From a virus, in the IMG/VR virus record IMGVR_UViG_3300045988_073657: a stretch of 56,864 nt of DNA; one strand, 5' to 3'. Below the pieces are notes generated by a model. That model was not told the origin of the DNA. It worked only from the letters and a program-made list of their open reading frames with translations, and ran no database searches. Positions within the stretch are counted from its first letter, which is position 1; each line of letters starts with the position of its first letter. Positions 15,516-24,161 of this stretch are shown one piece after another. The translations under genes were made by a program, and so were the position numbers.

Positions 15516-15950
15516 ATGGTGACCAAAGAGGTTTTATCTCAATACATAGATTTACAGGAAGAAATCAAAGAAGTACAGCAGAAGATTAAAAAACTTGAAT
15601 CGGATATCAGAAAAATTGAATCGGATGGGAATGTTGTTGACAGCGTATCAGGTGGATGCGGCGGCACTGAACATTTTCGTATTGAAGGATTCCCTTATCC
15701 AGAGTACAGCAGGAAACGGACACTGCTTTATTCCAGAAAAGCTACTTTACAGCTTTTAGAGGACGATTTACTGCAAAAAAATAATGAAGTCGAAGAATTT
15801 ATTGCAAGCGTTCATGACAGCCGTATAAGACGGATCATCAACTTACGTTTTATTGAAAAATTATCATGGAACAAGGTTGCTGATAGAATCGGTGGTGGAA
15901 ACACAGAGGATAGCGTAAGAAAAGCATTCGATCGTTATATGGCAAATTAA
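15516..15950 (+). CDS. Sigma-70 region-4-like / phage late transcriptional regulator-like protein
   Basis: C-terminal RIINLRFIEKLSWNKVADRIG HTH; coiled-coil N-terminus. Confidence 0.45.
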   Translation: MVTKEVLSQYIDLQEEIKEVQQKIKKLESDIRKIESDGNVVDSVSGGCGGTEHFRIEGFPYPEYSRKRTLLYSRKATLQLLEDDLLQKNNEVEEFIASVHDSRIRRIINLRFIEKLSWNKVADRIGGGNTEDSVRKAFDRYMAN

Positions 15951-15971
15951 AACAATACGGAGGTATAAACA

Positions 15972-16262
15972 ATGCAAATTATTAAAGAAATAGTGTTAAT
16001 TGTGCTGTGCCATTTAGTGGGAGATTATGTATTACAATGTGACTTTATTGCATCAACGAAAGGGAAAAATTGGTATCATTTATTTGTGCACTGTGCATTA
16101 TACTGCCTTCCTTTTCTAATTGTTTTTGGATGGACATGGCAGTTGCCGATAGTTTTTGCAACACATTTGATTATTGATCCATTAAAAGCGAGATGGAATA
16201 AAATTACGTATGCACAAGACCAAGTTTTACATTATTTGGTTGGATTATTATATTTAATCTGA
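15972..16262 (+). CDS. DUF3307-like membrane protein
   Basis: HLVGDYVLQ motif; multiple TM segments. Confidence 0.55.
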   Translation: MQIIKEIVLIVLCHLVGDYVLQCDFIASTKGKNWYHLFVHCALYCLPFLIVFGWTWQLPIVFATHLIIDPLKARWNKITYAQDQVLHYLVGLLYLI

Positions 16263-16367
16263 ACAAACTTGTCCGATATGTCCGATTTTTCCGTGATACT
16301 ATTAAGATGAAGAAAGATTCCAAGATATTTTTCATTTCCTCCTCAGATCATGTGAAGACTCCAGAAG

Positions 16368-16398
16368 TACCGCTCTTATCAGCAAGGGCGGTATTTTT
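16368..16398 (+). terminator. Rho-independent terminator
   Basis: taccgc/gcggta stem plus T5. Confidence 0.65.
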
Positions 16399-16419
16399 GT
16401 GCGCAGAAAAGAGGTATTT

Positions 16420-16620
16420 ATGATTTTTAACCAAAAAATTAGAGTGTACTGTCCTGGATGCGGACGGTTGGTCGGTGAATGTAGTGCAAAATCACACATT
16501 GACAAGACATATAAGTGCCGGAATTGCAATAAGATGGTTGTTTACCATACAGAGACCGGAGAACGTGAGATTAAGAAACTCCAAAAAAGAGATCAGAGTA
16601 GTGGAATGACATTTATGTAG
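16420..16620 (+). CDS. Com-like zinc-ribbon protein
   Basis: ATG 16420 after aaagagg; CPGCGRLVGE...KCRNCNK. Confidence 0.5.
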   Translation: MIFNQKIRVYCPGCGRLVGECSAKSHIDKTYKCRNCNKMVVYHTETGEREIKKLQKRDQSSGMTFM

Positions 16621-16629
16621 GTGATAAAA

Positions 16630-18210
16630 ATGCAAACTGGAAGAATTGTACTTTATACGGATGTAGAAGAAATTACATACAAAAATGTCATTGATGTTTT
16701 GAGAAATGCCATGACAGACCATAGGGTAAATGCAGCAAGGATTAAATATCTCATGGAGTATGATGAAGGAAATCAACCACTTAAAAGAAAAAAGAAAGTA
16801 AGAACAGAAATTGATTGCCATTGCGTAGATAATGTGGCAAATGAGATAACGGAATTTTGGAGTTCATTCGGCTTCGGGAATCCTATTACGTTGGTTCAGA
16901 CTGGAGATGCAGAAGATAAAGAGATTGCAGAGGGAGTAAAAAACCTTAATAAGCAATACAATCTTGTAAAAATCAAAACAAAAACACAAGAAATTGCAAG
17001 ACCTATGTTAATAGGTGCTATTTGCAATGTTTTAATCGACGTAAATACAGAATGGAAACCAGGGAAAGCATATTTTACATATGATGTACTTAATCCAATG
17101 ACTTCATTTGTTATCAAGTCAAGCTATTACGCAGATCGAAGAACAATGCTTGGAGTAACATTCCGGCATGATAAAAACAGCGGAAGTACATACTACACTT
17201 GTTACAGTAAAGACAGCAGATACGAAATTAGGGATATGAACAAAAACATCAATGGCGATGCTGTTGAAGATGATGCTAATAAATGGAAACACGAAGAAAG
17301 AAGCGGAGAAAAAAATCCTTTAGGAGTTGTCCCTATTGTTGAGTATTTCCGGTCTTATGATCGTATGGGAGTGTGGGAGCGGCAAATTTCCGAAATGGAT
17401 AATTTGAATCTTATGATTTCGGATTTCTCCAATGATGTTGACCAAAATACACAAGCTATATGGCACACAAATGATGTTGATTTTCCTACTGTTGAGGAAA
17501 AAAACGAAGATGGTACAGTTACAGAAAGCGTAAGAAAGCCAAAGTCTGGTGAATGGATGCAAACATATACGGCATCCGATGGAAAAACACCTATTGTAGA
17601 AGCACTTGCTGTTAATTATGACTACGAAGGAATGCTTAACAATATACAGGTACGGAGACAAACAATCTTGCAAAAGTGCAATGTACCGCAAAGAAATGAT
17701 AATTCTGGTGGCAGTACTGGTGTCGCAATGAGTGATGCTACAGGGTGGAGCCATGCAGAAGCAGCGGCATCAAAACAGCAAATGATTATTGATTCGTGCA
17801 AAATGGAAGAGGTTGAGGTTGTGTTAGCAGCTATCAATGCATCTTCCTATGTTCCGCAAGATGATCCAATGAGAAAACTTACAATAGCTGATTTAGAGCC
17901 AAACATCAAGCGACAAAAGACATACGAAATGTCAACAAAGGTGAATGCAATGGCTACTATGCTCAGTCATGGATTTAGTCTTGAAGATACTACTGATTCC
18001 ATCCCGTTTTTCGATGATCCAAGCAAGGTATGCAGCAGAAGTGGGGAAGGAGTTCGCAAATACCAAGAAACTATTTATAAAACAAATAGTCAAAATGCTG
18101 GAGAAGGTGGAGATGGAGAGAAAGAACCAAATTCTGGAAGGACAATGCAAGACTTGTCAGACCAAATTTCTAACAGCCCTTTAATTGATAAGAGCCGTAC
18201 AGACAAATAA
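16630..18210 (+). CDS. Portal protein (SPP1 gp6-like)
   Basis: About 527 aa; position after terL; N-terminal pattern typical of SPP1-type portals. Confidence 0.85.
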   Translation: MQTGRIVLYTDVEEITYKNVIDVLRNAMTDHRVNAARIKYLMEYDEGNQPLKRKKKVRTEIDCHCVDNVANEITEFWSSFGFGNPITLVQTGDAEDKEIAEGVKNLNKQYNLVKIKTKTQEIARPMLIGAICNVLIDVNTEWKPGKAYFTYDVLNPMTSFVIKSSYYADRRTMLGVTFRHDKNSGSTYYTCYSKDSRYEIRDMNKNINGDAVEDDANKWKHEERSGEKNPLGVVPIVEYFRSYDRMGVWERQISEMDNLNLMISDFSNDVDQNTQAIWHTNDVDFPTVEEKNEDGTVTESVRKPKSGEWMQTYTASDGKTPIVEALAVNYDYEGMLNNIQVRRQTILQKCNVPQRNDNSGGSTGVAMSDATGWSHAEAAASKQQMIIDSCKMEEVEVVLAAINASSYVPQDDPMRKLTIADLEPNIKRQKTYEMSTKVNAMATMLSHGFSLEDTTDSIPFFDDPSKVCSRSGEGVRKYQETIYKTNSQNAGEGGDGEKEPNSGRTMQDLSDQISNSPLIDKSRTDK

Positions 18211-18225
18211 ATATCATGATATCAA

Positions 18226-18252
18226 GCCATTGGGTTTTCCCAGTGGCTTTTT
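18226..18252 (+). terminator. Rho-independent terminator after the portal gene
   Basis: gccattggg/cccagtggc stem plus T5. Confidence 0.75.
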
Positions 18253-18340
18253 ATATGCCTTACGTCAGAGAAGACGTTAATCGCAAGAACTTAGAGAAAA
18301 AGTATAAAGAGCAAGATTAAGAAAGAATGAGGTAAAAATC

Positions 18341-18907
18341 ATGGCAGATGTAACCACACAGACAACAGAAACACAAACAACAGAAGTTAGTGGACAACAG
18401 ATTGAAAGCAAACAGCCTACTGTTGAAGAACTCATGGCGCAACTTGCTACAGAAAGAGCTGAAAAAGAGAAGTATAAAAACAGATCTGATAAAGCTAGTT
18501 CGGAAGCAGCAGAGTACAAGAAACAACTTCGATCGAAGCAGACTGCGGAAGAGCAGGAAGCAGAAGCAAAAGCAGAAGCACAAAGAATTGCGGACGAAGA
18601 AAGAGAGTCCATGCGAAAGGAACTTAACCACATTAAGGCAGTAGCTGCCTACAAGGGAGTTTCTGAAAAATCTGTTGAAAAGTTGATTGATGCGGTTTCG
18701 GAATCTGACCATACCGCCATTGCAACTATTATTGAAAACGAAAAAAAAGCGGCAGTAGCAGAAGCACAGGCTGAATGGATGCGCACAAGACCAAGAGTGA
18801 ATATCGGTGGCGGCGAATACTCTGGTATGACCAAAGATCAGATTATGGCAATTCCGGACAGAAATGAGCGCAGACGTGCTATTGCAATGAATCAAGATTT
18901 ATTTTAG
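18341..18907 (+). CDS. Scaffolding protein
   Basis: E/K/A-rich coiled coil between portal and capsid. Confidence 0.75.
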   Translation: MADVTTQTTETQTTEVSGQQIESKQPTVEELMAQLATERAEKEKYKNRSDKASSEAAEYKKQLRSKQTAEEQEAEAKAEAQRIADEERESMRKELNHIKAVAAYKGVSEKSVEKLIDAVSESDHTAIATIIENEKKAAVAEAQAEWMRTRPRVNIGGGEYSGMTKDQIMAIPDRNERRRAIAMNQDLF

Positions 18908-18919
18908 GAGGTATAAACT

Positions 18920-20068
18920 ATGGCAGCAGAAAACAATCTGATTAAGAAAGATGACCTTGCAAGAGCAAGAGAAATTGAATTCGTAAACCTTTTTGGGTAT
19001 TCCATTAAAAAGTTGGTAGAAGCCCTTGGAGTAACCAGAAAAATCCCTAAGGCAGCAGGAACCATGTTGAAGTCCTACAAGGCAGTAGGAACTCTTCAAG
19101 ATGGACTGGTTGCAGAAGGAGATACCATTCCTCTTTCTAAATACAAAACTGTACCCGTCAACTATGAAGAGATTACTTTGAAGAAGTGGAGAAAAGCCAC
19201 TTCCGCAGAAGCCATCATCGAAAAGGGGTACGATCAAGCGGTTGTAATGACTGGCGACGAAATGCTGAAAGATGTGCAGAAGGGAATCCGTAAGAACTTC
19301 TTTGATTTTCTTTCTACTGGCACAGGCTCTGCTTCTGGAAAGACTTTCCAAGCTGCACTTGCACAGGCATGGGGACAGTTACAGGTGCTGTTTGAAGATG
19401 ATGAAATTCAAGCAGTATACTTCATGAATCCGCTGGATGTGGCAGATTATCTGGCAACCGCACAAATCTCTTTACAAAATGCTTTTGGCATGACCTATGT
19501 AGAGAACTTCCTTGGACTTGGCACTGTTATCTTTAACAGTTCTGTACCAAAGGGAAGCATCTATGCAACCGCAAAAGATAATATTGTTCTGTACTACATT
19601 CCTGTAAACGGTGCGGATCTGGATGAAGCGTTCACTTTTACTTCTGATGCAACCGGATATATTGGAATCCATGAAACGCCGGATTATGACAACATGACCT
19701 GTAAGGACACTGTTATTTCTGGCATTGTTCTTTTCGCAGAAAGAATTGACGGCATTGTAGTGTCCACAATTACAGGAGATAACACTCTTGGTACACTGAC
19801 TGTTACCAGTATTGCAAGCGCCACAGATAATGGTAAAACAAAGATTACTGTAAGCCCTAGCAAAGGCGCAGGTAACTCTTATAAGTACAAGATTGGAGAA
19901 TCCGCTCAAACTGTAACTTATGGAAAATCTGTACAGACATGGGCTGCATGGGACGGTAGCGAAGAGATTACCGCAGAAACTGGAAAGATTATCACCGTAG
20001 TAGAATGCGATGGATCTTACAAGGCAGTTAAGGCTGGCAGCAAGGCAGTAGTAGCAAAGGATGAATAA
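18920..20068 (+). CDS. Major capsid protein with C-terminal Ig-like domain
   Basis: 382 aa; position; C-terminal TLTVTSIASATDNGKTKITVSP... Ig-like segment. Confidence 0.85.
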   Translation: MAAENNLIKKDDLARAREIEFVNLFGYSIKKLVEALGVTRKIPKAAGTMLKSYKAVGTLQDGLVAEGDTIPLSKYKTVPVNYEEITLKKWRKATSAEAIIEKGYDQAVVMTGDEMLKDVQKGIRKNFFDFLSTGTGSASGKTFQAALAQAWGQLQVLFEDDEIQAVYFMNPLDVADYLATAQISLQNAFGMTYVENFLGLGTVIFNSSVPKGSIYATAKDNIVLYYIPVNGADLDEAFTFTSDATGYIGIHETPDYDNMTCKDTVISGIVLFAERIDGIVVSTITGDNTLGTLTVTSIASATDNGKTKITVSPSKGAGNSYKYKIGESAQTVTYGKSVQTWAAWDGSEEITAETGKIITVVECDGSYKAVKAGSKAVVAKDE

Positions 20069-20078
20069 GAGGTAGCAC

Positions 20079-20438
20079 ATGGCAGAATATACGACTTTGG
20101 AGCAAGTAAAAATCCGTCTGAAACAATTTCATATTGATTCTGAAAGCTCCGAGGTCGTGTTTGATGAACTTGAAGATAACCCTCTGATTGAGCAACTTAT
20201 CAGTCAAGCGAAAGCTGACATTGTGGCAAAGAGAATGTACCCGGACAGCTACACGGAACAAAAGATTGCAGAGGACTTGAATCGGTTTGAGAGCGTGATT
20301 GTGAACGTGGTTGTGTATGACCATTCACAGGCTGGAGAAAATTTCATGTCAAATTACTCTGAAAACGGTGTGTCGAGAACATGGAGAGACCGTGACAGTC
20401 TGTTTGTAGGTGTATTCCCATTTGCCAAAGTGCTGTAA
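20079..20438 (+). CDS. Head-tail connector (gp6-like)
   Basis: Size, position and sequence pattern. Confidence 0.65.
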   Translation: MAEYTTLEQVKIRLKQFHIDSESSEVVFDELEDNPLIEQLISQAKADIVAKRMYPDSYTEQKIAEDLNRFESVIVNVVVYDHSQAGENFMSNYSENGVSRTWRDRDSLFVGVFPFAKVL

Positions 20439-20545
20439 AAGAAGATTGTGCGTGACCATTTTGCTGATGTCGGCAATATGGTTGCAGGCGGCACACTTTA
20501 AGGGTGGTGGGCGGTGTGCCAACAATAAGTAACAGGAGATATGAA

Positions 20546-20851
20546 ATGAAAGATTTTTTATTACAGACATACACTATTGTATTGCCTATTTTATTAGGAT
20601 ATATTGTCTGGCTCCTTAAACAACAAAAGAAGGACAGAGATGCAAACAGTAAGGGAACAATGCTTCTTTTGCGTGTTCAACTTATTGAGTATCACGATAA
20701 GTACATGAAGTTGGGAGAAATTCCCAGTTATGCGTATGAGAATTTTGTGGAGATGTACAATGCGTATCATGCGTTAGGTGGAAATGGAATGGCTACCAAA
20801 ATGTACGAGGAAATCAAAGAAATCAGATTGAAGAATGGAGGTAAAGAATAA
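20546..20851 (+). CDS. N-terminally membrane-anchored protein (holin-associated?)
   Basis: ATG 20546 after AGGAG; single TM, then a soluble domain; TAATG-coupled to the holin. Confidence 0.5.
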   Translation: MKDFLLQTYTIVLPILLGYIVWLLKQQKKDRDANSKGTMLLLRVQLIEYHDKYMKLGEIPSYAYENFVEMYNAYHALGGNGMATKMYEEIKEIRLKNGGKE

Positions 20852-21120
20852 TGGATTTTTCACAAGTAGGAACTTGCGTTGCAATCGTTGTTATCTGCTA
20901 TCTTGCTGGTATTGGAGCAAAGCTTATTCCGGTTATTAAGGATAATTACATTCCGGTTGTTGTCGGCATTGTCGGTGGCATTCTCGGAGTGGTAGGAATG
21001 TATGTGATTCCCGACTTTCCGGCAAATGATGTTCTGAATGCTATTGCGGTCGGCATTGTTTCCGGTTTGGCAAGCACCGGGGTAAATCAGATTTACAAAC
21101 AGGTGAAGAAAGATGCTTGA
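20851..21120 (+). CDS. Holin-like protein
   Basis: 89 aa; 2-3 TM helices; charged C-terminus; GLASTGVNQIYKQ motif. Confidence 0.6.
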   Translation: MDFSQVGTCVAIVVICYLAGIGAKLIPVIKDNYIPVVVGIVGGILGVVGMYVIPDFPANDVLNAIAVGIVSGLASTGVNQIYKQVKKDA

Positions 21121-21535
21121 AGCAAATAAGCAAAAAATGAAGTATTCCAAACAGGGTGAGAAAGTCACAATCTACGACCGTGACGAAAATGGAAACATTA
21201 AGTACATCGAGGTTGATGGTGAAAAGATTCCAGTAGTTTTGAGAGAAGCTATCGGATTTTCTGACCCTGTTCTTTTTTCTGCCAATATCAGCAACAAACT
21301 GTCGGAAGTACTGGTAAAGGAATTTGGTATTGATGATTCGAGTTCCTATTGTCAGATTGTTACCGATAAGGGATATTTGCCGATTAAGGCAGGAGATATT
21401 GTTTGGAAGAAATCTGATGTGGGGCGAGATAGTGATGGACTGGTTGACGATAAGACAGCGGACTATGTTGTAAAAGGTGTAGCTGATGAAGGACTGACAG
21501 CAGATTTGTTCTTGTTGCAGAAGACGGTGAAGTAG
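21113..21535 (+). CDS. Head-tail joining / head-closure candidate
   Basis: Position only. Confidence 0.4.
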   Translation: MLEANKQKMKYSKQGEKVTIYDRDENGNIKYIEVDGEKIPVVLREAIGFSDPVLFSANISNKLSEVLVKEFGIDDSSSYCQIVTDKGYLPIKAGDIVWKKSDVGRDSDGLVDDKTADYVVKGVADEGLTADLFLLQKTVK

Positions 21536-21545
21536 GTGATTGACT

Positions 21546-21689
21546 ATGGAAGGTGACAAAGAAAAATTAACTATTCCAAAACTGGAAAATGGAATTTTCA
21601 CTGAAAAAGGTGTATGGATTCACGGATGTGACTATTCTAAAGAAATGGTAGGGACATATGGGAAAGACAATCAATATCAACCTGTTTGA
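21546..21689 (+). CDS. Possible 47-aa ORF overlapping the next start
   Basis: AGGTGA RBS; hand translation MEGDKEKLTIPKLENG... Confidence 0.3.
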   Translation: MEGDKEKLTIPKLENGIFTEKGVWIHGCDYSKEMVGTYGKDNQYQPV

Positions 21690-22230
21690 CCAAAAGTCCA
21701 TACAAGCGGCTGTAAAGGCTCTTAAAGACTATGAAAATAGCTTAGAGTATAAATGTAGGATACTGGCTAAAACTTTGGCAGAAAACGGTGTAGAGATTGC
21801 TAGAGTACAGATTGCTGACCTTGATGCTATCTTTAATCAAGAACTTTTACGGAGCATTCATGCAGAGTATGTTGGTTCTGTAAAAGGTGGCGGTGTTTGG
21901 GCGGTGGTTGCAGGTACGGATCATGCTCTGTTTGTGGAGTTTGGCACAGGTCAGATGGGGGCAGAAAACCCTTATCCGTATGATTTGCCGGAAGGTCTTA
22001 CATGGAAATACAACTCCGGTAAAACAATTCGGCAAGCATTACAAGACATTGAAGTGCATGGAAGCACTTATGTGAAAGCCGGAGAATACTACTGGAGTTA
22101 TATCGGAGATGACAGAAAACTTCATATAACAAAAGGAATGCCTTCAAGACCATTTATGTACCTGACTGCAATAGAAATTCGTGAAATTGTATTACAGACA
22201 GCAAAGGTGGTGTTCGGAAATGGCGGTTAA
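21658..22230 (+). CDS. HK97 gp10-like tail/neck protein
   Basis: ALFVEFGTG and PSRPFM motifs. Confidence 0.65.
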   Translation: MGKTININLFDQKSIQAAVKALKDYENSLEYKCRILAKTLAENGVEIARVQIADLDAIFNQELLRSIHAEYVGSVKGGGVWAVVAGTDHALFVEFGTGQMGAENPYPYDLPEGLTWKYNSGKTIRQALQDIEVHGSTYVKAGEYYWSYIGDDRKLHITKGMPSRPFMYLTAIEIREIVLQTAKVVFGNGG

Positions 22231-22627
22231 TGAATATCAATGGGTATCAGATTTCAAAGTCAAGATTGCATCATACTTAAAAATGAAGATACCGCAGAGC
22301 CATCCTAAAGCGTATGTAACGGACAAAAGCAAGGATTTGTCAGAACCCACATTCCCTACGGTTTATTTTCATGCCATGCCGTTCACAGAAACAGGACAAG
22401 ACCTTGAAGCACGTTCTGTTAATGGAATCACAGCATCATACCAGGTGGATGTGATAACAAACAAGAGTCAGGAAGAAGCTGAAGCTATCATGGCTACGGT
22501 TGCAGGACTTTTCAAACGTTTGCGATTTCAGATAACTTCCATGCCGGAGTTTAGCAATACTTCGCAGAACACATTCAGAAGCACAGCACGGTTCAGAAGA
22601 AACGTAGATGCTGATGATATATTGTAA
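22220..22627 (+). CDS. Tail completion / tail terminator-like protein
   Basis: ORF 22181..22627 trimmed to ATG 22220; position. Confidence 0.5.
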   Translation: MAVNEYQWVSDFKVKIASYLKMKIPQSHPKAYVTDKSKDLSEPTFPTVYFHAMPFTETGQDLEARSVNGITASYQVDVITNKSQEEAEAIMATVAGLFKRLRFQITSMPEFSNTSQNTFRSTARFRRNVDADDIL

Positions 22628-22678
22628 CTATTGACAGAGCCTACTGGCTCTATTTTTTATGCAAATTTGGAGGTAAAT

Positions 22679-23176
22679 ATGGCTACTGGTTTAAAATCGA
22701 GAATTGCTTATAAAGAGCCTAATGCTAGTGCCGCAACTGGTGAGTACTGGGCAGGAACTTACAAACTGCTCATGAGAGCAAAAAGTATTCCTTCTCCGTT
22801 CGGAAGTCAGAACATGGTGGATACTTCTACACTGGAAGATTTGGTCGAAACACAGGAAATGGGTCGTAGAGCAGCTAACAGTATGGAAGTGCAAGGAGCA
22901 TTTGAGAAAAAGTACAAGGATGAAATGGTGACAAACGAGGGAAAGAAACTCGATTTCATCATCCTGTATGGAACTGACGGAAAAGGCTCAGAGGGTATTT
23001 GCGCATTTATCGGTCAGGAAAGTTTTGCACCGGACGAAGCAACAGACGATCATTTGACTGGAACTGCTACGATTGCACAGGCTACTGTACCGAAGTGGAT
23101 TGAAGATAATTACACTGTTGCAGTAACAGAGGATGAAAACGGTTATCCCACAGCAATTACACTGACAAAAAAATAG
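22679..23176 (+). CDS. Major tail protein
   Basis: GGAGG then ATG 22679; position before the chaperone and tape measure. Confidence 0.75.
   Translation: MATGLKSRIAYKEPNASAATGEYWAGTYKLLMRAKSIPSPFGSQNMVDTSTLEDLVETQEMGRRAANSMEVQGAFEKKYKDEMVTNEGKKLDFIILYGTDGKGSEGICAFIGQESFAPDEATDDHLTGTATIAQATVPKWIEDNYTVAVTEDENGYPTAITLTKK
23167..23173 (+). promoter_or_regulatory. Candidate -1 slippery heptamer A AAA AAA at the major tail protein stop codon
   Basis: In phase with the MTP frame; the -1 frame stays open for 24 codons to 23247; stem aaagtcag/ctgacttt at 23177-23217. Confidence 0.35.
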
Positions 23177-23254
23177 AAAGTCAGTCAGAAAAAAATAACA
23201 CTGCCGTGGCTGACTTTGATGAAACGGTAGATGAGCTATTGATTTAGCAAAAGA

Positions 23255-23279
23255 GAGCCGTCTTCGGGCGGCTCCTTTC
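23255..23279 (+). terminator. Hairpin (gagccg-tcttcggg-cggctc), weak T tract
   Basis: Read directly from the sequence. Confidence 0.4.
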
Positions 23280-23310
23280 CAACAAAAGGTTGGGGAAAGG
23301 ATATGTTTTT

Positions 23311-23787
23311 ATGAAGAAGATTTTAGTTAATGATGTTGAATATACTTTAGAGTTTGGGTTCGGTGCTGTGGAGTGCAAGGATTTGATTCAAAAGATGTTT
23401 CTTATGCTTTCCGGTGGCTATGTAGCTAAAAAAGCAAAAAATGTACAGAATCCCACACCAGAAGAAATTGTAGATGGTAGCGGATATATGCTTGCAGAAT
23501 TTCCTCATGTATGCAAAACGGCTTTTTATGCAGGACTTCTTGAAAACCATGAAGATATTACACCGGATGAATCCAATGCTTTAATGAAAGAATACATGAA
23601 AGCAAACGGTCTGTCTTTTGTGAAGTTGTATGGAGAACTGACAGACTGTATGAAAGAAGACGGTTTTTTCGAACTGTCGGGTCTGACGGAAATGATGACG
23701 CAGACCAAGGAAGAGATGGAGAAAGAGGACAGCAAGGTAACAAAGATGCCACAGGATCACAAGAAGAAATCGACTGGCACAAAATAA
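23311..23787 (+). CDS. Tail assembly chaperone (gpG-like)
   Basis: Position before the tape measure; acidic C-terminus. Confidence 0.7.
   Translation: MKKILVNDVEYTLEFGFGAVECKDLIQKMFLMLSGGYVAKKAKNVQNPTPEEIVDGSGYMLAEFPHVCKTAFYAGLLENHEDITPDESNALMKEYMKANGLSFVKLYGELTDCMKEDGFFELSGLTEMMTQTKEEMEKEDSKVTKMPQDHKKKSTGTK
23664..23670 (+). promoter_or_regulatory. Candidate -1 slippery heptamer T TTT TTC for a G-T type chaperone fusion
   Basis: In phase; the -1 frame is open from here through 24149; gtctg/cagac stem at 23681-23705. Confidence 0.5.
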
Positions 23788-23819
23788 TATGGGAAGAATA
23801 TTTTCCATTTGCTTTTTCC

Positions 23820-24149
23820 ATGGGAATTTCGATAGAAGAGTTCAAACATCTGAATCCTAAGAAATTAGAGTGGTGTTACAAAGGATATAAACTCAAAAAA
23901 GAGGAAGAAGATAGGAACTCATGGCAACGGTGGGGATATTATGGAATACCTGCATTAATCTTTGCAATAGACCATTGCTTAAACGGAGACAAAGCAAGAA
24001 CCACTTATGTTGAGAAACCTATTTCAGAAAAGATAGCACATGATAATGAACCTAAATATAAGGAATCTAACGAAGAAATTGCAATATGGGAAATGAAACA
24101 AAGAATTAAAGCATTAAGAGAACAAGGATTACCGGAAAGTCCGGATTAA
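23820..24149 (+). CDS. Tail assembly chaperone, frameshift-extension part (gpT-like)
   Basis: Frame -1 relative to 23311..23787 and open upstream across the overlap. Confidence 0.6.
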   Translation: MGISIEEFKHLNPKKLEWCYKGYKLKKEEEDRNSWQRWGYYGIPALIFAIDHCLNGDKARTTYVEKPISEKIAHDNEPKYKESNEEIAIWEMKQRIKALREQGLPESPD

Positions 24150-24161
24150 GGAGAAACAAGC

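Noticed and set aside
16296-16346. Minus-strand 43-aa ORF after GAGGAGG
   Set aside because: The SD-to-ATG spacing is only about 2 nt, and the ORF overlaps the end of the DUF3307-like gene on the other strand. It is unlikely to be translated.
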